This document shows, piece by piece, positions 19,022-28,131 of a stretch of 64,000 nucleotides of DNA; position 1 is the stretch's first letter, and every line of letters starts with the position of its first letter. The notes under the pieces are model-generated. The model was given only the letters and a program-made list of their open reading frames with translations, ran no database searches and was not told where the DNA came from. The stretch lies in the IMG/VR virus record IMGVR_UViG_3300025099_000014, positions 10,826 through 74,825 of that record, one strand, 5' to 3'. This DNA comes from a virus. The position numbers and the translations under genes were made by a program.

Positions 19022-21104
19022 TAGGTGGATGCCAAAATATAATCACTGTAGGGTCTTATATCTTACCGCCAAAGAAGACCCAAAAACCTATGGTGGTGAA
19101 TGGGCAGAACTTATTTCTGAACTACAAACGAGTATGGAAGATGACGAACATCTTAAATCATACGTTGAACTACGAATACCACTTACTCGACTTAATCAAG
19201 CAAGGAATGTTACATCATCCCATGCAAAATTAGTTCTAGACGTGCTACGTGAAATTGCCACATCTAGCCCTATATCAAAAGAAGACCAAACTAAACTAAA
19301 CACTTTTATTATGCCAAATAAACCTATGTATAGAATATTCGAGATTGATGACCTTAAAGAACTTAAGGGGTTTACAGGTGAGTGGATTGTTCAAGAAAAA
19401 TTTGATGGTCTTCGTATTCAGATTCACAAACTTAAAACTGTAAAAATATTTTCATTTAATGGTAGAGATATTACAGATAAGTTCCCAAAACAAGTAAAAA
19501 GATTAGAGCAAGATGTGTTTCCAAAATGTATATTAGATGCGGAAGCCGTTCTTTACAAAGATAACGAACCCCTACATAGAGCAGACACAATTGCTTATAT
19601 TAACAAAAAAGACGCTAAGGCAGATATTAAAGTTCACGTATTCGATATTCTTCGGCATCAAGGTGAAGATATTTATGCTAAGAAGTTAGAGGAAAGAATT
19701 ATGACTCTCTTTAAAGAATATTCTGCACTAAGCGACGACCAAATACAATTCCCATCTAAACGCGATACGCGCTCTGCAGATTCATACGAAGAGATAGAAG
19801 ATTACGCAAAGGAGATAATGCAAAATCCAACATCAGAAGGAGTAGTTATTAAAGATAGTAAGTCATCATATGTTATTGGTAAGAAGAAAAATCCTAAGTG
19901 GGTTAAATGGAAAAAATTCATAGATTTAGATTTAATGGTATTAGAAGTTAGAGAAAATAAAAATGGGACTTATAGTTACACATTAGGTGCTGGACCTATG
20001 GATGACGATGATGAATATAAACCAGTTGTAGAACATGAGGGTAAAAAATACCTTAACGTTGGAAAGGCTCTAAATACAAAAGAAAAGGTAGAAGTTGGAG
20101 ATATTATTAGAGTTAAGGTTGACGAAGTTCAAGCAAATAAAAAGGGATTTTCTATCTACTCTGCCAAATTTGTCGAGATACCTGAAGTAACAGAAGCGGA
20201 AAGAATTATTACCTTAAAGTTCCTTTCAGAAGATAACAAAAAAAGATTATCAGATTATACTATTGAAGCACTAACTAAATCATATGTAATTACAGATAAC
20301 ATACATGGGTCTGCAATTATTAAAGGTGAACTATCTATGGAAGGTTTTATCGTTCACGGGTTTGAAGAAAATAACCTCATGGCAAAAAATGCTACTATTG
20401 ATATAGAACTTTGGAAGGAGGAACTAGGTAATAAGTATCTAAAGGATAGTGCTGTTTTAATGACATTGGTTAGTAATATGACTCAAGAAGATACCAAAGT
20501 ATCTGTAAAAGAAATAATCTCCCGTGCTGAAAATATGAATAATATACTTAGTAGATTATTTAAGGGTAAGGGTGAAAAGTTAGAAGAAGAAGTTACTGCC
20601 TTTTTACGTGAGCGTGGTAATGCTTATGGTATTCTGTATGATAAACCTGCTCGTCTTTTTTATAATGATGATAAAATAGAATTAAAAGAAGAACCTACCA
20701 CGTTTGAATTATGGCGAAGAAAGGACAAAGACCTTAATTTTGTAATAAAGCACAAAGGAAAAGAAATGGTTTGGCGAATAGAACAAAGTGAAGACATAGA
20801 TATGTATAATTTGTTTGGTAAGGCGGATAAATTTTTAGCACAAATAGATACTGATGCGGATAAAGTAAAATTATTATCTAAAGGTGGTGCAGTAATTGGT
20901 AGTCAAAGAAATGGTTATCACGAATACATAATTGATTCAAAAATGTATGATGGTAAGATACACTATCGGGTCGTACCATTTAAAGATAAGAATAAGTGGA
21001 TAGTATGGACAGGTTATAAAACCAAGCCCACAGATAAGACAAGCGATGAAGGACTTGTAAATATCTACGACGATAAGTATAAAAAACTCAAGTTTTCCGA
21101 TTAA
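19005..21104 (+). CDS. lig: ATP-dependent DNA ligase with long C-terminal extension
   Basis: Nucleotidyltransferase motifs I (QEKFDGLR), III (ILDAEAV), IIIa (VFDIL), IV (EGVVIK), V (WVKWK...DLMV), then an OB fold. Start could be 19029. Confidence 0.9.
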   Translation: MFLLVNRWMPKYNHCRVLYLTAKEDPKTYGGEWAELISELQTSMEDDEHLKSYVELRIPLTRLNQARNVTSSHAKLVLDVLREIATSSPISKEDQTKLNTFIMPNKPMYRIFEIDDLKELKGFTGEWIVQEKFDGLRIQIHKLKTVKIFSFNGRDITDKFPKQVKRLEQDVFPKCILDAEAVLYKDNEPLHRADTIAYINKKDAKADIKVHVFDILRHQGEDIYAKKLEERIMTLFKEYSALSDDQIQFPSKRDTRSADSYEEIEDYAKEIMQNPTSEGVVIKDSKSSYVIGKKKNPKWVKWKKFIDLDLMVLEVRENKNGTYSYTLGAGPMDDDDEYKPVVEHEGKKYLNVGKALNTKEKVEVGDIIRVKVDEVQANKKGFSIYSAKFVEIPEVTEAERIITLKFLSEDNKKRLSDYTIEALTKSYVITDNIHGSAIIKGELSMEGFIVHGFEENNLMAKNATIDIELWKEELGNKYLKDSAVLMTLVSNMTQEDTKVSVKEIISRAENMNNILSRLFKGKGEKLEEEVTAFLRERGNAYGILYDKPARLFYNDDKIELKEEPTTFELWRRKDKDLNFVIKHKGKEMVWRIEQSEDIDMYNLFGKADKFLAQIDTDADKVKLLSKGGAVIGSQRNGYHEYIIDSKMYDGKIHYRVVPFKDKNKWIVWTGYKTKPTDKTSDEGLVNIYDDKYKKLKFSD

Positions 21105-21105
21105 C

Positions 21106-21113
21106 TTTATATA
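21106..21113 (+). promoter_or_regulatory. TATA box of the protease-capsid operon
   Basis: TTTATATA ending 24 nt before ATG 21137, as expected for an archaeal leaderless transcript. Confidence 0.6.
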
Positions 21114-21136
21114 GTATAGTGGATTAACCTCTGAGT

Positions 21137-22387
21137 ATGGCGTTAAGCACAAATATGCTAGGAGCGCATTTTGGAGCCGGAAGTGAACTGGTTATTCTAA
21201 AGGGTAGTAGAAACGAACCTTTAGTAATTGCTGGCTACGCATCAGTAGATGTAGTAGATAAGCAGAATGACCTAATTACGTTAGATGCACTTAAGGAAGC
21301 ATCTGATAAGTTCATGAAAGGTGATTATAAAAATGTTATGATAACGCATTCCAATGTGCAGGTAGGAGAAGTGATTGATAATTGGACGGACTCAAAAGGA
21401 AATGTATTAAAAACACAAGTTGATGATACAGGACTTTTTGTAGTTATTAAACTTAGAGAAGATATTGAGAAAGCAAGAGAAGTAGGACGTGAGATTCGTA
21501 GGGGAAATCTACGTTCTTTTAGTATCGGAGGTCAAGCCCTTCACAAGTCGAATAGATACGACCCCGATGTTGGAACATATAAGGAGATAGATAAGTTGGA
21601 GTTACACGAAGTAACGATTTGTGAAGAAGGCATAAACCCCGAAGCGAAATTCGATATTGTTAAAGAACATAAAAGAGATGATAAAATGTCAGAAGAAATT
21701 GCAAAAGCATTAGAAGAATTTAACGACGTTGTAGCAGCATTGCGCAACCAAGTTGATATTAAGAAAGATGATTCAATGGACGAGGAAAACATGGAACCTA
21801 TGATGGAAACAGATGAGGAACTCATGGAAGCCCCGGTAGAGAATCTTATGGATAAGGCTGAAGAAGATGACGAAGAGATGTTAGACGACGAGGAAAATAA
21901 GGCTGAGTCCGTAGTATACGGACACAACGAAACTGGTCAGTCCCGCATTGATGGTGCATTAACTGGACGCTACAGTGGCGAATTTAAGAATTTCGTCACA
22001 CGAAAGTCCGAGAGTATTAACTCATTGGACTTAAGCGAGGAAACCCTCGCAAAGGCTTACGAGCAGTTTAAGTTAGAAAAGGAAGAGGCCCGCGCTTATG
22101 ATGTAATCAAGGAGCAGTTTGAAAACCTTTACGAGCAAGAACTAAAGTCAGAAGCAGAAGATATTGCTAAGGCAAATTACGACGCTGCTGCTGAAGTCGC
22201 TGCACTCAAGAATGAGTTCGCAGAACTTCGCAAGTCATTAGAAAGTAATAACAATGTTATTGCAAAGCAGGTTCAGAGCGTTGCTGCTGGACCACAGTTA
22301 AGTGAGGAAATGCTCTTAAAGATGCAAAACATTGGAGAACTATCGTGGGAAGAGGTTAACGCCCTAGCCCGCGAACTACAGGAGTGA
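21137..22387 (+). CDS. HK97-type prohead protease fused to acidic scaffold domain
   Basis: IAGYASV..VDKQND, catalytic His (MITHSN), catalytic Ser (LRSFSIGG), LHEVTIC...NPEA; C-terminal acidic coiled coil; directly before the MCP. Confidence 0.9.
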   Translation: MALSTNMLGAHFGAGSELVILKGSRNEPLVIAGYASVDVVDKQNDLITLDALKEASDKFMKGDYKNVMITHSNVQVGEVIDNWTDSKGNVLKTQVDDTGLFVVIKLREDIEKAREVGREIRRGNLRSFSIGGQALHKSNRYDPDVGTYKEIDKLELHEVTICEEGINPEAKFDIVKEHKRDDKMSEEIAKALEEFNDVVAALRNQVDIKKDDSMDEENMEPMMETDEELMEAPVENLMDKAEEDDEEMLDDEENKAESVVYGHNETGQSRIDGALTGRYSGEFKNFVTRKSESINSLDLSEETLAKAYEQFKLEKEEARAYDVIKEQFENLYEQELKSEAEDIAKANYDAAAEVAALKNEFAELRKSLESNNNVIAKQVQSVAAGPQLSEEMLLKMQNIGELSWEEVNALARELQE

Positions 22388-22392
22388 TATAA

Positions 22393-23691
22393 ATGAGTGT
22401 AAACACAATTAGAACAATTCAGGATTTAGAACGAGCAACCTACGGTAGTATGGGTGGAATGCAGTTACTAAAGGGAGCAGGAGCAGAATCAGGTATTCAC
22501 TCCGCTCACGATGTAACTCTTCAATCTGCATTTAACGGTAGTGGGCTTTACAACCATATTTACGGACAGAAAGTTTGGTCAATGCTTAACCGCGAAATTA
22601 ACGCATTAAGTATTTTACCTAAGAAACCTTGGTCTTCCTCCGGTTGGCGCATCTTAAAGGAGCGAGCAATTGGTGGCGGAGCAGATGTTTGGGCTACGAC
22701 TGGTGGAACTGGTCACGGTTCTCTAACAGAAGGAGCAATTGGTGGTGTAGCAGAAAATGCAGCATTTACAACAAGTGCAACAGATGGACTAAGTCCATTG
22801 AAGCCAGTTTATGATGTACTATATGCTAGCCCAAAAACCATTGCACATCAGTTCGAGATTTCCGAACTTGCTGCTGCTATGGCAAAGATTGACGATGGAA
22901 TTGGCGATATTATGTCTGCTTACCGTGAAGAAATTGGTGTTTCTCACGCAGAAGTCATGAATCATATGGCTCTAATGCCACTTGAATCCCAATTTAGTGG
23001 TGCTACACCATTAAGCGGAATTGCTAACAACCTAACTTCTTTGTATAAGATTGTATCTTCATATGATGAAGTTAACGCTATGGACGGTGGAGTAATTATC
23101 ACTGGTACACAAACTGCTGCTGAAGAATTAGTACGTCTTTATGGTCATGACCGCGCCGCTTCTGGTGCTGATTGGCTAAACGCATATGTTGACTACGGTT
23201 CTTCATACGCTGCACGACGACCATTAACTCTTAACTTGTTAAACACAGCATTACGCGAGTTGCAGATTCGTGGCGGTTCACCAAAGGTTATCCTAACAGG
23301 ATATGATACAATTCAGGCCCTCGGTGAATTACTACAATCTCAAGAACGATTTATGGGACGAACAGAAATTGTTCCTACTCATAACGGTGTTCGCGGTGTA
23401 AAGGGACGAGAACTTGGATTCAAGGTTGCAACATACCATGATATTCCAATTATCCCAACAAAGGAAATGGGAAGTACTGGCTCAGGAACTGGTCTATCAG
23501 ATATACTTATCTTAGATACAGACCATATTTTCCTATGCACTCTAAAACCAACCGAATATTTCGAGGGCGGTATTGACGCTGGCGACCCATTCGGTGTAGG
23601 CAAACTTGGAAACCGAGGGCTTTACCGAACAATTGGTGAAGTCGTCTGTACTTTCTTCAAGGGTCAAGGTAAGATTACTAACCTTTCGTGA
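22393..23691 (+). CDS. Major capsid protein (HK97 fold)
   Basis: 432 aa directly after the protease; GGAGTGA RBS; biased high-expression codon use; typical C-terminal ILILDTDH...GKITNL. Confidence 0.85.
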   Translation: MSVNTIRTIQDLERATYGSMGGMQLLKGAGAESGIHSAHDVTLQSAFNGSGLYNHIYGQKVWSMLNREINALSILPKKPWSSSGWRILKERAIGGGADVWATTGGTGHGSLTEGAIGGVAENAAFTTSATDGLSPLKPVYDVLYASPKTIAHQFEISELAAAMAKIDDGIGDIMSAYREEIGVSHAEVMNHMALMPLESQFSGATPLSGIANNLTSLYKIVSSYDEVNAMDGGVIITGTQTAAEELVRLYGHDRAASGADWLNAYVDYGSSYAARRPLTLNLLNTALRELQIRGGSPKVILTGYDTIQALGELLQSQERFMGRTEIVPTHNGVRGVKGRELGFKVATYHDIPIIPTKEMGSTGSGTGLSDILILDTDHIFLCTLKPTEYFEGGIDAGDPFGVGKLGNRGLYRTIGEVVCTFFKGQGKITNLS

Positions 23692-23703
23692 GTGTGATAT
23701 AAG

Positions 23704-24069
23704 ATGACACATACAGTAACACTAATTAGTGACCATTTAGGCTCGACTCGTCCTAGAGTTATGGGTAGTGAATATGTTGTAGATGCTAGTATTGATATTA
23801 CTTCATATACCGCTAACGGGGAAACAATTACTGCCTCTAGTTTAGGCTTAAGTGAAATTTCTTGTGTAGTAGTATCTGGTATTTCAGTAGATACTATTTC
23901 TGGTGGATATGCTGTATCTATGATTAGTGCAGAAGTAGCATCTGGAGCAACCGATGGTGGTAAATACCAAACGGGTGCAAACAGAAATGAGTTTCAAATT
24001 CATGCTGCTGCTGCATCTAATACTGATAACATTGGCGAAATTAGAGTAAGAGTTTGGGGACTACTTTGA
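23704..24069 (+). CDS. Putative capsid decoration or minor head protein
   Basis: Beta-rich 121-aa protein immediately after the MCP. Confidence 0.5.
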   Translation: MTHTVTLISDHLGSTRPRVMGSEYVVDASIDITSYTANGETITASSLGLSEISCVVVSGISVDTISGGYAVSMISAEVASGATDGGKYQTGANRNEFQIHAAAASNTDNIGEIRVRVWGLL

Positions 24070-24079
24070 GGTGAATAAG

Positions 24080-24451
24080 ATGGTTCGAGTACGATACTTA
24101 AATGGATTTTGTCGCGTATATGGTAAAGAATTTTACCCTAATATGTGGACAGAAGTACCGGACGATTGGCTGCCTAGATTAAGTAATGATGCAGGTTGGG
24201 AAATTGAAGGAGAAACAACAGAAGAAACAACAGAAGAAACAACTGAATTAGTTGAAGAAACTGTTGAAGAAACTGTTGAAGAAACTCTTGTGGTGGAGGA
24301 AGAAGAATCTTCCGATGAAGCCCAAGAGGAACCTTCACTATCAATGACCAAAAAAGAATTACAAGGTCTATGTGACGAAAAAGGACTTGAGTATTCTAAG
24401 TTAGATACTAAGTCCACACTTCTAGGTTTATTATCCGGTGAAGAAGAATAA
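24080..24451 (+). CDS. Acidic protein with C-terminal HeH/SAP-like domain
   Basis: GAGGTGA RBS; EET[TV] repeats; SMTKKELQGLCDEKGLEYSKLDTKSTLLGLL. Confidence 0.65.
   Translation: MVRVRYLNGFCRVYGKEFYPNMWTEVPDDWLPRLSNDAGWEIEGETTEETTEETTELVEETVEETVEETLVVEEEESSDEAQEEPSLSMTKKELQGLCDEKGLEYSKLDTKSTLLGLLSGEEE
24211..24286 (+). repeat. 12-nt tandem coding repeats (GAAGAAAC[AT][AG][CT][AT]) encoding EETT/EETV
   Basis: Visible gaaacaacagaagaaacaacagaagaaac and gttgaagaaactgttgaagaaactgttgaagaaact. Confidence 0.7.
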
Positions 24452-24460
24452 TTATTATGT

Positions 24461-24511
24461 CCGCTATCCGCAAATCTACACTAAGTTTATAAGTAGGTTT
24501 GCGGGTAGTGG
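24461..24511 (+). promoter_or_regulatory. 19-bp stem-loop with a TATA box in the loop
   Basis: CCGCTATCCGCAAATCTAC / GTAGGTTTGCGGGTAGTGG pair fully as RNA with 3 G.U; loop ACTAAGTTTATAA. Confidence 0.7.
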
Positions 24512-24529
24512 TATTAAGTCGGTGACTAT

Positions 24530-25135
24530 ATGCCTAGAACAAGAAGCATTAGATGTACTGAAAACACAAATGTTATTCAGCAATTAGAAAAGATACGTGA
24601 TGGTAATGTTACCACGCACGAAAACCCCTGTATGTTTAGGGGATTATTAATAGTTAGTACTAACTCTGGAGCAGATGTTGGTGCTAATTTTAGTATTTAT
24701 GAAAATAATATTGGTAGTGGATTTACTGTCCCTGCCGCTGTTGCTGTTTCAGCATCGAATAAAACAATTACTTTATCTAGTGGTTCATGGTTAAATCGCG
24801 GCTTACGCGTTGGTATGGTTATTACTATTTCTGGTTCCGATGAATCAGGTAATGATGGTGATAAAACAATTACCGCTTTAACCGACACTGTAATTACTGT
24901 ATCGGAATCAATGGCTGATGATGCCTCAGATACAGGTATGGTAATTGATATTAAAGGTGGAGATACTGTTGGATTAGTCGCAAAGTTCGCATATAAGAGT
25001 ATGGGTTCTAGCGGTGGAGCCGGTGGAAATGACCCTACTGAATTATACGAATTTAGTGGTATTCTTTGTCGTGGTGGACTCCGAATTGAATCAAGTTCTT
25101 GGAGTAATTTAGAGGCTTACATTCTTGTGGAGTGA
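24530..25135 (+). CDS. Virion structural protein with inserted beta module
   Basis: GGTGA RBS; TITLSSG...GLRVGMVITISG...NDGDKTIT module shared with 35387 and 37527. Confidence 0.65.
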   Translation: MPRTRSIRCTENTNVIQQLEKIRDGNVTTHENPCMFRGLLIVSTNSGADVGANFSIYENNIGSGFTVPAAVAVSASNKTITLSSGSWLNRGLRVGMVITISGSDESGNDGDKTITALTDTVITVSESMADDASDTGMVIDIKGGDTVGLVAKFAYKSMGSSGGAGGNDPTELYEFSGILCRGGLRIESSSWSNLEAYILVE

Positions 25136-28131
25136 GCCACTTGACTTCTGTTCTTGCATTTAAGGACTATACTGCAATCGGTGCAGAAACAAAGTATACC
25201 CAAGAAATTGCTATAAATTTATTAAATAAATATATTTTTCCAAGTACTGCTTATGAGGGCGAAATAAATAATGTACAAAATCCTAGTAGAGTAGTAGAGG
25301 ACGCTTCAAGAATTGCACAAATTAAAGGCGTGAAGCGTGGATTAATTAGTTGGTTATTTTCTCATGAAGATGATGCCGAACAATATATTCCTAACTTTAA
25401 CGAACAAGAGTTTGATAATATTAATAGAGATGCGTTTAATAGTATTTTAGACATGAACATGCAGGACTTTTTACGTGGTGTCGAAGGAACTACAGTAGAA
25501 GCCTTAACTCAAAGTATTGATAATCTTGATGTAGCGGCAGTTGGTGCTGATAAATTTAAAGCAATCGCAGATGCAGTTAAAGATGGTAAATTTTTCAATA
25601 CAAATATTACGTTACGAGATATTAAAAATAAAACGGCAGTAAGCGAACAATTTTATAAATTAACACCTACTACTGTAGATGACCCCCTCTTTCAACAATA
25701 TTTACAAATGACCGAAGATACACAATATGCTACTGCTAGTTCAGCAAAAGAAGGCACAAAAAAGGGCTATCTTAATATCAATAAAATGCTAGAAGTCGCA
25801 AAAAGATGGGCTCATGTTATTTCATCAAGAGAATTTACTAAAATTTTAAATGGTGTAGAATCTAATACAACCGATGAAGAACTAGAAGAATATAGAAGGC
25901 AGGGAGTGGATATAAAGTGGGAAGGTCTTAATTCACCTGAAGATATTATTGCACTTATGAAAAAAGGAGAAGATACACCTTGGCAGATAATCTTGGCTAA
26001 TTTTTTGGCACGTAGTATTGTAGATAAAAGTAGACCAGACCATATATCATATAACTACGAATTATTTTACCCATTATCTGTGTTTGATGAATTTTCAAAA
26101 ATGGATGAACTGTTAGATGAAATTAAATCTGAATCTCTAGATAAATTAAAAAAATTTATGGTTAAAAACACATATGATTTTTCCTTTGACGTAGAGGACT
26201 TTGAAAAAGATTTAACATTTAATAATAACTTCAGTGATGGGGATGACTTAAATAAATTTTTAAACGTCTGCCATGTTATAGAACTAGTTAATGAACACGA
26301 TAATAAAAAACTAAAAGGTTTAGATGCAGTAAATAAATTAGCATCAGAAATCGCAGAGGAGGTTTTAGAACAACTTTCTGGTGGTAAAATAATAGTGACA
26401 CAATCTACTACTAAACAGGTAGATGTAGAGTTAGACGGTAAAAATTTACCATTAAGAATATTAGAGGGGACAAACCCCATATCTATAAATGACATGGAAG
26501 ATTTACTAGGTGAGACAGAATACACTAAAGATACAATAAATATGTTAGATGGAAAACAGGATGATGCTAGTATTATTGAAATATTTGATAAAATAACAAG
26601 TAAAAAGAAAACCGATAAAGGAATTGCATTCTCGAAAGCGATAGTATATACTAGTACTTCTGAGAAAGATACTGTAGAACTATCACTAAATATTAACTTA
26701 GATTTGTCTAAAAAATCACCAATTCCTGACGCAGCAAAAAGTATGACTAAAACTAGAAAACCTAACATACAAAAATTTAATAACGAGTTAAATTTACAAA
26801 AATACGCTGAAGTAAATACAGATAATACAGAACCAGCCAAATTATCAGTCGATGAACAGTTACTTAATATTGCTGAAAAGGCTTTAGACACTTTACAGGA
26901 TTTTGGAAAAACACATAGAATGTTATCTATAATTAAAGGTAATGATGTTCAGAAAATACTAAGGCAGACCCAAATAAAATCTGTTATTAGTATTTTAAAT
27001 TCTGTTATCAATTCGGCTAGTGATGAGGTAAAGGGACAATATTCTGAAAGATTATCTAATATTACGAATGTTATTGTAAAAGATGATTTACAATACGATG
27101 AATTAATGACTGTTATAGAACCAATGTATACTTTAATAACTGATATAACCCAACAATTAGAGCCTAGTGATGATGAATTAATGCCTGAAACTTCAGATAT
27201 GTCCGACGAAGAATATGAAGAGTGGGCGGAAAGGAAAAAGAAAGATTTGCAGGAATTGGAAGATGAAGAATCCGATGAAGAAGAGGGGGTCGTACAAGAC
27301 GACACATTATCCCCAGAGGTATTTTTAGAACTTGAAGGTGAAATAAAAGACCCTGATGATATTGGTACCATAGCCCATTTACGTAAAATTACTCAATCAG
27401 ATAATGTAGACGATGTATATAGAGAGAAATTAGATTTTCTTAACGAATTTGGAAGAAGCGAAGACAATATTAATGCCATAAAAAGTTTAACAGATGAAAA
27501 AGAGAAACTAAAAGGGGATGATGAGAAGAAGGTACAACTATTAAATGTTAATGCCGAATATAATCTACGTACTATCTTACAACAATTAATGCAGGTTGAC
27601 GAAGAGGCCAGTGTTCCGTTTATAAACAGCCTAATTACAAAAGCAAAAAAATCAATCAGTAGTTTTAAAAAGACGAAGGGTATAGAAAGTACAATGGGTA
27701 GTAGTTATAAGTTACTAAAGGGCTATAATATTAAACAAATGGTTATTGATATTCTTACACGTTCAAGTGGTTTTAATACCGTAGATATTGCGGACTTATC
27801 AGGGACAATAAAACTCACTTTTATATTTAATAAATCATATGGGAGTCAACAAAGGTTTGGTAACAAACTTAAGTCCTTTACTAAATTACAATACTCGCAG
27901 AAAAAACGAGTTGAATCGACAAGCGGTAAAGTTGATTTTACTGTGGTCCCTCTACACGGTAAAAACTATACAATGAGAAGTGTATTAACGCAGCAAGATA
28001 CTGCTAGGGTTTCTGTTGGAGATAAGAGAAAAGGTGAAATATATGACTTCTTTAAGGTAAGGATTTATAATGAACTTTACTCTAACATTAACGAGTTAGA
28101 TAGATTACTTAAGCGGGTGGAAGCAGAATGA
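25132..28131 (+). CDS. Very large acidic helical protein (candidate internal or ejection protein)
   Basis: 999-aa ORF between the head and neck genes; no recognisable motif. Confidence 0.75.
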   Translation: MSHLTSVLAFKDYTAIGAETKYTQEIAINLLNKYIFPSTAYEGEINNVQNPSRVVEDASRIAQIKGVKRGLISWLFSHEDDAEQYIPNFNEQEFDNINRDAFNSILDMNMQDFLRGVEGTTVEALTQSIDNLDVAAVGADKFKAIADAVKDGKFFNTNITLRDIKNKTAVSEQFYKLTPTTVDDPLFQQYLQMTEDTQYATASSAKEGTKKGYLNINKMLEVAKRWAHVISSREFTKILNGVESNTTDEELEEYRRQGVDIKWEGLNSPEDIIALMKKGEDTPWQIILANFLARSIVDKSRPDHISYNYELFYPLSVFDEFSKMDELLDEIKSESLDKLKKFMVKNTYDFSFDVEDFEKDLTFNNNFSDGDDLNKFLNVCHVIELVNEHDNKKLKGLDAVNKLASEIAEEVLEQLSGGKIIVTQSTTKQVDVELDGKNLPLRILEGTNPISINDMEDLLGETEYTKDTINMLDGKQDDASIIEIFDKITSKKKTDKGIAFSKAIVYTSTSEKDTVELSLNINLDLSKKSPIPDAAKSMTKTRKPNIQKFNNELNLQKYAEVNTDNTEPAKLSVDEQLLNIAEKALDTLQDFGKTHRMLSIIKGNDVQKILRQTQIKSVISILNSVINSASDEVKGQYSERLSNITNVIVKDDLQYDELMTVIEPMYTLITDITQQLEPSDDELMPETSDMSDEEYEEWAERKKKDLQELEDEESDEEEGVVQDDTLSPEVFLELEGEIKDPDDIGTIAHLRKITQSDNVDDVYREKLDFLNEFGRSEDNINAIKSLTDEKEKLKGDDEKKVQLLNVNAEYNLRTILQQLMQVDEEASVPFINSLITKAKKSISSFKKTKGIESTMGSSYKLLKGYNIKQMVIDILTRSSGFNTVDIADLSGTIKLTFIFNKSYGSQQRFGNKLKSFTKLQYSQKKRVESTSGKVDFTVVPLHGKNYTMRSVLTQQDTARVSVGDKRKGEIYDFFKVRIYNELYSNINELDRLLKRVEAE

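Noticed and set aside
26067-26891. 274-aa antisense ORF (also 34466-35263 and many shorter ones)
   Set aside because: Shadow ORFs inside long sense genes; Ser/Ile/Phe-rich composition expected from antisense codons, no RBS or motifs.
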